Positions 16,904 to 26,345 of a stretch of 64,000 nt of DNA are shown in pieces; the stretch's first letter is position 1; every line of letters begins with the position of its first letter. The position numbers were made by a program, and so were the translations under genes. The notes below the pieces were generated by a model. That model was not told the DNA's origin. It saw only the letters and a list, made by a program, of their open reading frames with translations, and made no database searches. The DNA lies in IMG/VR virus record IMGVR_UViG_3300015265_000001, positions 124,001-188,000 of that record; one strand, given 5' to 3'.

Positions 16904-19900
16904 TTAGCTTTTATCTTTGCCATCCCACGGGTTGTAGTTCTTACCACCCGGTTCGTCATCTGCCGGAGGCGTGTCATCGTCGTTTGAAGTATCATCTTCA
17001 ACAGGCGATGTGTCATCGTCAACAACAGGAGCGTCAGTATCGCTGTTATCCCCGAGAGGATTATCAACGTCTTGATCACCGGTACCCGGACCCGCGCCCA
17101 GATCATCATCAGGAGATCCAGTAAGCGAGCTATCATCAGCAGGCAACCCACCATTTTCACCCCCTTCCAGGCCTTCTGGTTCTTCAGGCGCAAGTTTCTT
17201 GGCCAGCTTTTCTTCGTACTGCTTCTTAAGCTTCTTGTTGGAGTCAACCACTCCGTTAATGAGCTCTGCTGCGAAGGCCGCGGTGTTGATACGCTGATGC
17301 AGCATTTTCTGCACAAGCGATGCGATACCGCCACCTTTACCCTCGTTAACAATCTCATCAAACGGCATCGGCAAGTTAAACCGACGGAAAGCTTCAGTGG
17401 TCAGAGCAGACTTCACCATAGCCTTGATCTCGGTGTCAGAGAAATCTTCGGAGTTGATGTTGAGCGTCTTCAAGATCTGAGGCAGTACACCGTTATTACC
17501 CGCAGCCTCTTCCCAAGCCTGCACCAGCGCAGTTACCGCGTCCAAGCTATCCTTCAGCTTGTTGGTCGATTCAGTGCTGGTAGGAACTGGTAGGTAGACG
17601 TAGATCGAGGTAAAGAAGTCCGCCAAGATAACCTTGACTTTATCCTCATCGCTGCCTTCCAAAGGTTCCTTGCTATCAGGTTTCCACAGGTTCTTGTTGT
17701 CCAGAATACACTGAACAAGGTCTTGCATCAGAGGACCGTTGACTCGGGTATGCTTACGCATGAAGTCAATCAAGAAGTCACAAATGGTTTCCTGCCAGCT
17801 GATGGCCTGGTTAAACACCATCTCGTATTCAGTAACCGCTTCAATCTTGAAGTTGTTCTGATCGTCCGACACGTCCAGCCATGCACGGGGCAGGTTGAAG
17901 TAGTTGGAGATGGAGTTCATTACCGCGTCACGACTGGCCTGGTCAACAGGCTGGAAGTTATCCTTCGGTTTACCCTGGGTGCTAATATCCGGTGTAGGCA
18001 AGTGAACGTTGTCACCCGCATTCACCTTAACCGACAGAGACGCTTCCCGCAGCGCATCCACTACCTGAGGAACCGACAGTTGAGCCGTCGACAGGATAGA
18101 GTGCAACTTAGGGTTGGTGTCAAAGAAGGTAGCCCGTGCAACCGCAATGGTTTGTTCTGGGTCAGCATCCTCCTTCTCGATGTTAATAACCATCTCGGTA
18201 TGAGGTTGCGCTGCTTCCAGGTTAGCCAGTGCGTCAGCCAGGTCATAGGCCGCCAGACGAGCAATGTGCATCTTCGCCGCTTGGGTCAAGGACTGACCAA
18301 TCCCCAGACGGTTGTACTTGATGGCGCCGTAAGAAACGGCTTCACCCGGTACGTACAGGCAACGAACGCCCTGCTTCTTGAAGATACGCGACAGGAAGAT
18401 CTTGTTGACCTCCTCATCAAGGGTAATGCTGATGCTGCTACCTTTGTCGCTATAAACAGCAGAGATGAACTGACGAACAAGGCTTTTCTCGGCCATGTCG
18501 GCAAACTCAGACATGTCGAAGTCACAAGGATTACCCGACTGCACATTGCGCAAGCTGGAGATCAGCGAGTTATCGCTACCCATCTTGTTCTTGTTAGTGA
18601 TGCCTTCCTTATTCTTCTTCAGCGACTGGTAGAACTCTGGGTCGTCAGTGTTCTTGAGGAACGCACCAGTTTCTGGATCGAGCAGGATGATGTAGTCATC
18701 GATCTTGCCGTTACTGCCGTTGAAGTGGATCGGGAAGATCGCTTCAGACGGAATGTGCCAGCTCAGACCACGGCCGTAAGGCGCAACACTCAACGAATCG
18801 TTCGACTTGATGAACTGCAACGACTGTGAACGAATATTGCGAGAACGGAACACCGAAGCATTCAACGAGTTCAGTTGCTCTTCGTTGAGGTTTTGGGTGG
18901 TCGCCAACTCAGGCTTGGACTTGGAGGACTTAGGTTCCTTCTTGTCTTTACCGCCTTTCTTGTCCGCTTCTTCCTGAGCTTTAGCTGCTTCGTCGTCCCG
19001 CTGCTTTTGAGACTTCATTGCAGAGGAGATGATGTTATCAAAACTCTCTGCACCCATGACCGACTTGATGTCCTGGTCACGCCGTGACTCCTGGAACTTC
19101 TGGAGGTACAGCACAGCCGGGTTATCGGTAATGGTAATGTTGAACAGGTTATCCGTATCGAACTCGGGGTCGAAGATCGGGAATTCGTTCTCAACGAAGT
19201 CAGAACCGGCAGTAAATAACGCCTCCAGACCGCTCACAGAACTGTTAGTAGCCCCTGGAGTTTTAGCCGCATACGGGTTACGAACAAAACGACCCTTGTT
19301 CTTGACCAGAGTCTTGCCTTTGTCTGTATGAACAAACTCGCGTTCCAGCTCACTTTTAGCTCGGTTGAATTCCTCGTTACCCGTCCGTTTGGAAGGGTCG
19401 AGTTCAGAGCCGTTGATGAGGTAATCCAGGCCAGGACGACTCAAGTTGAAGATCGCGTAGGACCCAGTATTCCACATGATATCGTCGAGCATCTTCTTTA
19501 AAAGCGACTCGATCTTATAGTCATTGGTGTAATAATCGTCCCAGATGGCCAGCAGACTGGTGTGCAAAGCCGCGTTTTTAATTTTGGTGCTCTGGGTGTC
19601 GTAGGTCAACATTTTGTCCTGTTTCCCGTTAGGGTAGAGGATGATCGTGTTCCAGATCAAGTTGGCCTTATCAATCATCGGCGTAATGGCCCGCAGGTCA
19701 TAGGCCGAGTTGATATTGTTACTGATAATGTTACTCAGTCGATTAAGCTTGTATTCGTTGACGGTCTTAGTGCCGCCAGCCTCCTCACGATCAGGAGCAA
19801 CCCCATTTTTAGGTACCGCGTTGCGTAAGGTGGCCGCCACGGCAGGGGGAACGTTTTTGATGTTCTCACGAATCTTGGTGTAGTCGACCGTTGTGTTACC

Positions 19901-19930
19901 ACGGGTCGCAGCGCGCGTTTCGAAACCCAT
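16904..19930 (-). CDS. Portal protein (phiKZ gp129-like)
   Basis: About 1008 aa from ATG 19930 (GAGGT RBS); acidic disordered C-tail, G-X-E sites; divergent from a ~750-aa structural gene as in phiKZ-like genomes. Confidence 0.6.
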   Translation of the reverse strand: MGFETRAATRGNTTVDYTKIRENIKNVPPAVAATLRNAVPKNGVAPDREEAGGTKTVNEYKLNRLSNIISNNINSAYDLRAITPMIDKANLIWNTIILYPNGKQDKMLTYDTQSTKIKNAALHTSLLAIWDDYYTNDYKIESLLKKMLDDIMWNTGSYAIFNLSRPGLDYLINGSELDPSKRTGNEEFNRAKSELEREFVHTDKGKTLVKNKGRFVRNPYAAKTPGATNSSVSGLEALFTAGSDFVENEFPIFDPEFDTDNLFNITITDNPAVLYLQKFQESRRDQDIKSVMGAESFDNIISSAMKSQKQRDDEAAKAQEEADKKGGKDKKEPKSSKSKPELATTQNLNEEQLNSLNASVFRSRNIRSQSLQFIKSNDSLSVAPYGRGLSWHIPSEAIFPIHFNGSNGKIDDYIILLDPETGAFLKNTDDPEFYQSLKKNKEGITNKNKMGSDNSLISSLRNVQSGNPCDFDMSEFADMAEKSLVRQFISAVYSDKGSSISITLDEEVNKIFLSRIFKKQGVRCLYVPGEAVSYGAIKYNRLGIGQSLTQAAKMHIARLAAYDLADALANLEAAQPHTEMVINIEKEDADPEQTIAVARATFFDTNPKLHSILSTAQLSVPQVVDALREASLSVKVNAGDNVHLPTPDISTQGKPKDNFQPVDQASRDAVMNSISNYFNLPRAWLDVSDDQNNFKIEAVTEYEMVFNQAISWQETICDFLIDFMRKHTRVNGPLMQDLVQCILDNKNLWKPDSKEPLEGSDEDKVKVILADFFTSIYVYLPVPTSTESTNKLKDSLDAVTALVQAWEEAAGNNGVLPQILKTLNINSEDFSDTEIKAMVKSALTTEAFRRFNLPMPFDEIVNEGKGGGIASLVQKMLHQRINTAAFAAELINGVVDSNKKLKKQYEEKLAKKLAPEEPEGLEGGENGGLPADDSSLTGSPDDDLGAGPGTGDQDVDNPLGDNSDTDAPVVDDDTSPVEDDTSNDDDTPPADDEPGGKNYNPWDGKDKS

Positions 19931-19951
19931 ATAAACCTCACGAGTTAAACT

Positions 19952-22225
19952 ATGAATAGTGTCGATCTGGATAAGTATCACACGGACACTTTCAGCCTAG
20001 TTCGAACCATGGTTATCAAAATCGAGGCCTTGGCCGAACGAGATAACCTGGTGTTAACTAACGCTGGGTATTCCGTGTCTTCGGACAAAACGACATGGCG
20101 TTATTACATGAACCTCAATGGGGATTACCACCCCACTGATGAAGTAATGTGGATCAACTCCATCGATACTGATGAGCGGATTATTTTCAACAAAGATAAT
20201 CTGAAGTTGCACATTGCAACTAATCGAGAGTACAGTAAGGGTGGTTACTGGTTCAACCGTTTGGTTGACGTGTACCCTGGGCAGTCTGCGCTGATTAACG
20301 GCATACTCGCACCGATCCCGTACTCTGAAACCATCGAGGCCAAAGACTATAAGATTCTGCGCTACAATAAGAATCTAGTGAGCTGGAACGAGGAACAGCT
20401 CATCCCGAAATTGCAGCAGTTTATCGATAGCAACGCCAGTCATACGCTAAAGAATGACTACGTCGCTACTGACGACCTGTGGCTGCCCTGGATGATCGAA
20501 GAGAAGTACGCGTTCCTTATTGCGTGCATCAACGCCATTCGTCTGGAAGACTGCTACACGCGGTATACCCACGAGTTCTTCGTGTGGAGTCACATCGACT
20601 CCTTTGGTAACTTCTCGCAGTACAAGGCCAGCTTGACTCGCGAACAAACAATGTGGCTGTTTCGTAACATTGCCTGGATCCGTAATAACCCAGGACAACA
20701 GTACACGTTTGACAAGCTGATGAAGAACCTGTTGACCAAAGCCAATATTCCTTTGGCTCGGTTTGACATGGTTGAGAGCACTGAGAAACAGCTCGAAGAC
20801 CTGACCCCTACACCGCTGTACCGTCGTATGCAAATGAACCTGTCTGAGGTCTACGGACGTACAGCCTCGTTCATTGATACCGAAGCTATGATCGCCAAGC
20901 AACAGATCATGGCCAAGGACAACTACGACCAGACTGATTTCTACCTGGATGACGCCCTGGTTAAAGGTCGGTACAGCCTCCACTCCGAGTTGCCTACCAA
21001 GGCGCTTGAATCGTCCATGATGGACTACACCAACCGACACATCGATACATTGATGAAGGTGGTGTACAACGAGTGGATCTACCTGGCAGGCAACAAGATC
21101 TTCAACGGCAAGGTGATTACGGTAGACCCCAAGAGCGGTAAGCAGTACCGTCTGCCCGTGGGTGACGCCTTCTACATCTGGAAGTACCTGGTGGAATATG
21201 CCAAGGGCCAAAACCCTCTGGTAATCGAACCGGCTTACTACCAGAACGTGCTGAAACTCAAGCCTCCGACTATTGACGAGATCATTGATATCGGCGGTCC
21301 CGATTTCATTCGTCCTTATGTTGCCGCTGATATCCAAAAGCTCTGGTTCCCAGTAGCACCGTTCTTGGCACCGGATTATCTGATCCAGTACGCCACTGAC
21401 GTCTACCGGACCATGTGGAAGCACAAGAAGCTCTACAGCCAGTTCTACGATCTGAACAAACGGGCGCGGGTGAAGAACAGCTGTAAGCTGATGTACGACT
21501 CGGGCATCGTCACCCTGAGTAACTTCACCGATTACGACTCACTGCTGAAAAGCTATGAGTTGGATTTCACCGACTACACCGCTGAAGAGGCACGTAACTT
21601 CTCCTGGGACATCTTTAAACGGATTACCGGGTGGGATACCAACGCTACACCGTCGACACGGGTTAAGCAGAGCGATCTGATTGACATCATGTCTGAGTTG
21701 TCGTCCTACACGATTCACATCGTTAAAGACATCAATGACGGTACGGACCAGACTGAGTTGATCAACGAGACCCTTATTGGTGACTCTCGTTGGGTAGGGG
21801 TAGGTAATGGTAGTTATGGCGATTTCACCAATGTCATGATTACCCAGCATTCCAACATGGACAGTATCCATGCGTTGGAAGCAAACATCCCTATCATCAG
21901 CAACCCTGATCCGGTGTTGGTGGCGGACAGCGAGATGAATATTGATATCATCACGCATGACATCTTCAAGCCAGTTAACCTGAGCAACAACCTCGCGGCC
22001 TATGCGGTTAAGCTGTATGACAACAGCTATTTCCGTGTGTTGCCAGAAGGCGCTCTGGATCCGCTGGTGATTCCGCCTACTTACTACGGTGAGTTGGAAC
22101 CTGAAGAGTACGTCATCCCTGGCACTTACTACGGCACCTTGGCGCCTGAAGAAGATCCAGTGGTGCCGCCTAAAGTTATTCCTCGTACCTACTACGGCGA
22201 TTTGAAGCCTAACGGCGATCTCTGA
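19952..22225 (+). CDS. Virion structural protein, probable baseplate component (phiKZ gp128-like)
   Basis: 757 aa; N-terminal WRYYMNLNGDYH motif recalled from this family; C-terminal triple VIPxTYYGxLxP repeat. Confidence 0.55.
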   Translation: MNSVDLDKYHTDTFSLVRTMVIKIEALAERDNLVLTNAGYSVSSDKTTWRYYMNLNGDYHPTDEVMWINSIDTDERIIFNKDNLKLHIATNREYSKGGYWFNRLVDVYPGQSALINGILAPIPYSETIEAKDYKILRYNKNLVSWNEEQLIPKLQQFIDSNASHTLKNDYVATDDLWLPWMIEEKYAFLIACINAIRLEDCYTRYTHEFFVWSHIDSFGNFSQYKASLTREQTMWLFRNIAWIRNNPGQQYTFDKLMKNLLTKANIPLARFDMVESTEKQLEDLTPTPLYRRMQMNLSEVYGRTASFIDTEAMIAKQQIMAKDNYDQTDFYLDDALVKGRYSLHSELPTKALESSMMDYTNRHIDTLMKVVYNEWIYLAGNKIFNGKVITVDPKSGKQYRLPVGDAFYIWKYLVEYAKGQNPLVIEPAYYQNVLKLKPPTIDEIIDIGGPDFIRPYVAADIQKLWFPVAPFLAPDYLIQYATDVYRTMWKHKKLYSQFYDLNKRARVKNSCKLMYDSGIVTLSNFTDYDSLLKSYELDFTDYTAEEARNFSWDIFKRITGWDTNATPSTRVKQSDLIDIMSELSSYTIHIVKDINDGTDQTELINETLIGDSRWVGVGNGSYGDFTNVMITQHSNMDSIHALEANIPIISNPDPVLVADSEMNIDIITHDIFKPVNLSNNLAAYAVKLYDNSYFRVLPEGALDPLVIPPTYYGELEPEEYVIPGTYYGTLAPEEDPVVPPKVIPRTYYGDLKPNGDL

Positions 22226-22235
22226 GGATCACACC

Positions 22236-22637
22236 TTGAACAGAAAAGTCTTGGCGCTGGTAAAACAGCGCTACTGTGAAGACAAAAGGATTCAGGATCG
22301 CAATTCGGTTAGCCTGTCGTTTACGCAGGTACAGCCCAACGGCGATCCGGTGTTCTATGTCGATGACGGCAAACAAGGTGAGGTGTATGTTTACCATCGC
22401 ACGGACATGAGTGGGTTTACTGCTTTCCGTGCGATGGACATTCCCGCCGACTACCGTCTGCAATTGGAGAGTAACCCCAACAAAGCTTTCATCGCGAATT
22501 GGGTTTACCGTTTTACCGGGCATCGTCTTCTGCCCGAAGATATTCGTTATTTAACTCTGGAAAAAAGCGCAGTCGTGGTGACGTTAGCCCCGGATTCTAT
22601 GCGCTTTAAGAACAGTTTCCGCATAACCCGACTATAG
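22236..22637 (+). CDS. Hypothetical protein
   Basis: 133 aa, TTG start, GAGGA RBS. Confidence 0.55.
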   Translation: MNRKVLALVKQRYCEDKRIQDRNSVSLSFTQVQPNGDPVFYVDDGKQGEVYVYHRTDMSGFTAFRAMDIPADYRLQLESNPNKAFIANWVYRFTGHRLLPEDIRYLTLEKSAVVVTLAPDSMRFKNSFRITRL

Positions 22638-22649
22638 GGATTTTTGATT

Positions 22650-23579
22650 ATGGCTCTTTCTGCAACCGAACTTCAAGACCAGAACCGTTCTGAGGTTCCT
22701 ACTCAGTCGGTGACCAACACAGCCTGGGGTGGGCTGATTGCAAAGTGCTCCAATACCAAACAGAACTTCACTCTGCCGCAGTGGACCACCCTCAACGAAT
22801 TCCACGGCATCCTGGCAGAAGAGTCGATCGGCCTGAAGAACGGTAACGACTTCACGCTGAAGTACTTCGGTATCGGTATCCGCGGTGCTGATGCGATCGG
22901 CAAGACCGGCCTGGGTACTACCCTGTTGAAGGTCAACCAGCACCAGCCGAAAGACGGTAACCTGTTCGTACCGATTCCTTTCGCCTGCCGTCCGGTTGAT
23001 AGCGACTTCAACACCGTTAACCGTGCCAAGTACCGTATGCGTACTGTTGAAGACATCAACGGCGTTGCCTACGCGTTCTACTGGCTCAAGGTGATCAACT
23101 TCGCCAGTTACAACCCTCAAGTGGTTGTGATCACTCGCGATGATGACAACAACGAAACACCTGTGCCGTACATTCCGGTGAAGGACGATCTGTTCAATCC
23201 ACAGCCTGTGGACTTCACCAGTACCGGTTCGGTGCCGATCAGCAACCAGTACATGAACAACTCGGCTATCCTGGACTGCTCGTTGGATCAAACCGACCTG
23301 CGCGAAATGGAAAATGCCTGCCGGGTTAAATACGGCGACGCCAGTCTGGCTGCTCCAAACGAAGTGGGCGTGGCCTACGGCATCGACACCAAGACCGACG
23401 GTTCTATCGGCCAGGGTGCAACCATCCGTTACGACGAAGTACTGAGCGCGGTCTATGCTCACTACATCACCGAGCGTGATGCCCGTGCTGCACTGAACAA
23501 CGTGCGCATCCAGTACGCTTTCGACCACGGCGCCAGCGAACCAATGCTGCTGCACACCAACGCCACCACCGGGGCATAA
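22650..23579 (+). CDS. Virion structural protein
   Basis: 309 aa from ATG 22650 (AGGGA RBS); high-expression codon bias; structural block. Confidence 0.55.
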   Translation: MALSATELQDQNRSEVPTQSVTNTAWGGLIAKCSNTKQNFTLPQWTTLNEFHGILAEESIGLKNGNDFTLKYFGIGIRGADAIGKTGLGTTLLKVNQHQPKDGNLFVPIPFACRPVDSDFNTVNRAKYRMRTVEDINGVAYAFYWLKVINFASYNPQVVVITRDDDNNETPVPYIPVKDDLFNPQPVDFTSTGSVPISNQYMNNSAILDCSLDQTDLREMENACRVKYGDASLAAPNEVGVAYGIDTKTDGSIGQGATIRYDEVLSAVYAHYITERDARAALNNVRIQYAFDHGASEPMLLHTNATTGA

Positions 23580-23588
23580 GGAGGCTTC

Positions 23589-24203
23589 ATGGAGTTTCCT
23601 GAGATTCTTAAAGGGGCCCATGTGCCCCTGACCCCAAGCATGACCAGTGACGAGGCAATTACACTGGCGAACGGATTCTATCAGACGTCGTTGGATCCTT
23701 CTCTGTTCAAGAAGTCGCAAACCTTCTGGAACGCCGAGATGGTTCTACAAATCGATTTGATCGATCCGAAGACCCGTGAAGTCATTGCGAACTTCGTTAA
23801 CAAGTCTTCCAAAGTTACGCCGGTTACAGTGGATGGTCCGCTGGAGCTGGACAACCCTTTGGTCAGCGTAGAGCCTGCTGAATTGATGGGACCTGTCATT
23901 GCCCTCAGTTCAGCAGTGGAGCTGGAGTTTCTGGATGCGGTAGGTTCGGGTAACACCTACCCTACCACCGGCACTGACAACAACGTAGCCTTTGACCTGA
24001 AGAACCTGCTCAATGCTTATCAATTCATCGGTGGCTGGGTTTCCGGCACTCTGGGTGAACGAGCAGTGGGGGGTTTCCGACTGGTCTATAAAGGTTCAAG
24101 TGAAAACGCGCCAGCAGAGTTCCCGATGGACCCATCTCCAATGGTGGCAATCATCGAGATCCTGCACGGCGAACAAAAAGGATTCATATGCCTGAGGACG
24201 TAA
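23589..24203 (+). CDS. Hypothetical, possibly virion protein
   Basis: 204 aa, GGAGG RBS. Confidence 0.55.
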   Translation: MEFPEILKGAHVPLTPSMTSDEAITLANGFYQTSLDPSLFKKSQTFWNAEMVLQIDLIDPKTREVIANFVNKSSKVTPVTVDGPLELDNPLVSVEPAELMGPVIALSSAVELEFLDAVGSGNTYPTTGTDNNVAFDLKNLLNAYQFIGGWVSGTLGERAVGGFRLVYKGSSENAPAEFPMDPSPMVAIIEILHGEQKGFICLRT

Positions 24204-24775
24204 AGTCCCCCGATGCGGTACGGGTCCAAGGAAACGACCCGTCCACTACGAACATGGGGGCGTTTATCGTAGATGTCAATATCGCCGAGCCTGCCCCTTT
24301 TAAACTGGTGTATGCGAACACGATTTACGGCGACAAGTGTATCTACGATATTCCCGTGCAATACGACGACACTGCGGGTACAAGTGTCTTGGCGCGCAGC
24401 TATGGATTGGCGCGCGCTAACAACACCCTGATCGATATCTATGAACCTGATACTGGGATTGTAGAAGATAACTTCCTGGGGATGTCGGCATTAACCTTCA
24501 AACAACTGATTCAGTTTGTGGGCTTGTTGACCGGTGGCTATATTGAGCGGGGCATTCATGTGAGTATGGTGCTTCCCAATCTGGCGAAAGGCGTTGTGGG
24601 TGCCAACTTCAAAGGCACTCAAAAGGAAGATGTCCGCAAAGGGTTGTTGGAATTCCCTTTGCTGGACTGGAATGGCATCGATCTCACTTTAGCGGATGAG
24701 CACACCATTGACGCTGGTGCAGTTACCCTCTACCGTGCTATCCAGATCGCCAAGAATTATGGAGTATGGAAATGA
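24188..24775 (+). CDS. ruvC: RuvC-like Holliday junction resolvase
   Basis: VRVQGNDPSTTNMG (cf. ILGIDPG), IVEDNF (catalytic E), PNLAKGVVG..GTQKEDV (cf. VKxAVxGxGxAxKxQV), ADEHTIDA (final Asp helix). Confidence 0.75.
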   Translation: MPEDVKSPDAVRVQGNDPSTTNMGAFIVDVNIAEPAPFKLVYANTIYGDKCIYDIPVQYDDTAGTSVLARSYGLARANNTLIDIYEPDTGIVEDNFLGMSALTFKQLIQFVGLLTGGYIERGIHVSMVLPNLAKGVVGANFKGTQKEDVRKGLLEFPLLDWNGIDLTLADEHTIDAGAVTLYRAIQIAKNYGVWK

Positions 24776-25377
24776 GCACCCAAGAACCTGTAAAACCAGG
24801 GGAGGAGGTCGTAGATCCGCTGCGTGCTCCGGGAACGGTTGTAAAGACTGTGGTCGAAGAGATCCCAGTCGTCCTGGAAGCGCCTGTAAGCCCTGCTGAA
24901 GAACCAGTTGAACCAACCCCAGCCTTTGCTGAACAACCAGCCGCTGTAGTGACCGTAGAGCCCGCTACGGTTAAGAAGATTACACAGACGGTCGCTCCTG
25001 TTGGTATTGAGCGAGAAGTCTTTGGTATGTGGTCGGTGATGTTGCGTAATGCCGGTGGTATCCTGGCGGCTGTAACTACGTGCATCATCGCCATCGTAAA
25101 CGCTTACACTACCTACAAATCCGTAACCGGTGGAAACGGGTGGCCTTCCGAGACCATCATGTTCATCGCCAACGTCGGTCCTATTGTGGTGGCGTGGACG
25201 TTCATGAACTCCAGCAAGACCATTTCCACCATCATGCAAGTGCGTGGTGTGCAAGATCGTTTGAAGAACGCCATGTCGGGGTTTGTGGCTAACCCGAATG
25301 ATACCAATCAACAAAGACGCTCGACGGATCGACCAGAGACGCCACCTCCAGGTCCTCCGACTCCACCGCAATACTGA
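24766..25377 (+). CDS. Two-TM membrane protein, holin candidate
   Basis: Pro/Glu-rich N-terminus, two hydrophobic segments, basic C-terminal region; converges on the spanin-like pair. Confidence 0.4.
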   Translation: MEMSTQEPVKPGEEVVDPLRAPGTVVKTVVEEIPVVLEAPVSPAEEPVEPTPAFAEQPAAVVTVEPATVKKITQTVAPVGIEREVFGMWSVMLRNAGGILAAVTTCIIAIVNAYTTYKSVTGGNGWPSETIMFIANVGPIVVAWTFMNSSKTISTIMQVRGVQDRLKNAMSGFVANPNDTNQQRRSTDRPETPPPGPPTPPQY

Positions 25378-25392
25378 TCAACCGTACATATA

Positions 25393-25426
25393 CCTAACCA
25401 GGAGCCCCTAAAGGCTCCTGGTTAGG
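25393..25426. terminator. Perfect 14-bp hairpin between convergent genes
   Basis: CCTAACCAGGAGCC-CCTAAA-GGCTCCTGGTTAGG; no U-tract. Confidence 0.6.
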
Positions 25427-25475
25427 CTATTACGCATTACATCCCATTATTACCCATTACTTCCTAGTTGCTGCG

Positions 25476-26036
25476 TTACTGCGGTTGTTTATCCTGGACG
25501 GTCGTCTGGATAGGAGGGGGAGTTGATGGCACAATCGCTTTCTGAATAGCTGCCTTTACCCCATCGGGCTTCAGGGAGTCACTCTTTTTCTCCAACCCGG
25601 AGATGATAAAGTTGATATTCGATACCAACTGTGCAATCGTTTGTTTGGCAGCCCAGTTCTCCAGGTTCTGTTGGTCCAGCTTTTGTGTCGTCAAGATCAG
25701 CTGGGTTACAGTTAACTGGTAACAATATTTCTTGTCGGTTGCCTTGAGGCAATCGTTGTCGTCAAGAAAGGCTGTCAGAGGCGCGGTAAGACTAATGGGG
25801 GGATTCGGTTCCACCTTTTGGAGCTGGGGCATCACCGCTGTCAGATCCGCTCGAGTTCTTTCCAGCTGCATGCGGTAGCTGTCGATCTCGACCTGGATTG
25901 CCTGAGCTTGCAGGTACGTCTGAGCTTCGTTTACTGTCGTCTGGTGGGAGCACCCCGACATTAATGATAGTAGAAGGAGGAGAATTACCTGCGTAACCTT
26001 TCCCTTTGACTTCCATTTTGGCGGGATCCAACCCAT
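25476..26036 (-). CDS. Outer-membrane lipoprotein, o-spanin candidate
   Basis: From ATG 26036: basic n-region, VILLLLLSL h-region, MSG-C lipobox; coiled-coil stretches; 5' end lies inside the i-spanin-like gene. Confidence 0.6.
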   Translation of the reverse strand: MGWIPPKWKSKGKVTQVILLLLLSLMSGCSHQTTVNEAQTYLQAQAIQVEIDSYRMQLERTRADLTAVMPQLQKVEPNPPISLTAPLTAFLDDNDCLKATDKKYCYQLTVTQLILTTQKLDQQNLENWAAKQTIAQLVSNINFIISGLEKKSDSLKPDGVKAAIQKAIVPSTPPPIQTTVQDKQPQ

Positions 26037-26340
26037 AGCGCCGCATAATTTCATCGTAAACATCATCACGATCACCTTTTTGCAGGTCATACGTTCGGCT
26101 TAAGGTTTCCCTGAGTTGGACCGATTCGTTTGCCTGGCGTTCAAAATTGTCAGCAGCGTTCTTGAGCTGCTTGCTGACTTCCTGGAGAGTGGACAGCGAC
26201 TTCTCATCGAGATTGCTGGAGGTCTGGCGAGGGAAAGCCCAGGTGAGTCCAACCAGCGCGATGAGTATCAGCATAAACAGCGTGCTGACAATACTTCTCA
26301 GCTTATCCGTGAAGAACATGTCTTTGATCTCCGCACCCAT
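25792..26340 (-). CDS. Type II membrane protein, i-spanin candidate
   Basis: Single N-terminal TM (IVSTLFMLILIALVGLTWAF) then coiled coil; overlaps a lipoprotein gene in another frame. Confidence 0.6.
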   Translation of the reverse strand: MGAEIKDMFFTDKLRSIVSTLFMLILIALVGLTWAFPRQTSSNLDEKSLSTLQEVSKQLKNAADNFERQANESVQLRETLSRTYDLQKGDRDDVYDEIMRRYGLDPAKMEVKGKGYAGNSPPSTIINVGVLPPDDSKRSSDVPASSGNPGRDRQLPHAAGKNSSGSDSGDAPAPKGGTESPH

Positions 26341-26345
26341 GTGGT

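Noticed and set aside
24696-24916. Short Cys/Gly-rich alternative ORFs
   Set aside because: Nested within two well-supported genes and lacking an RBS.
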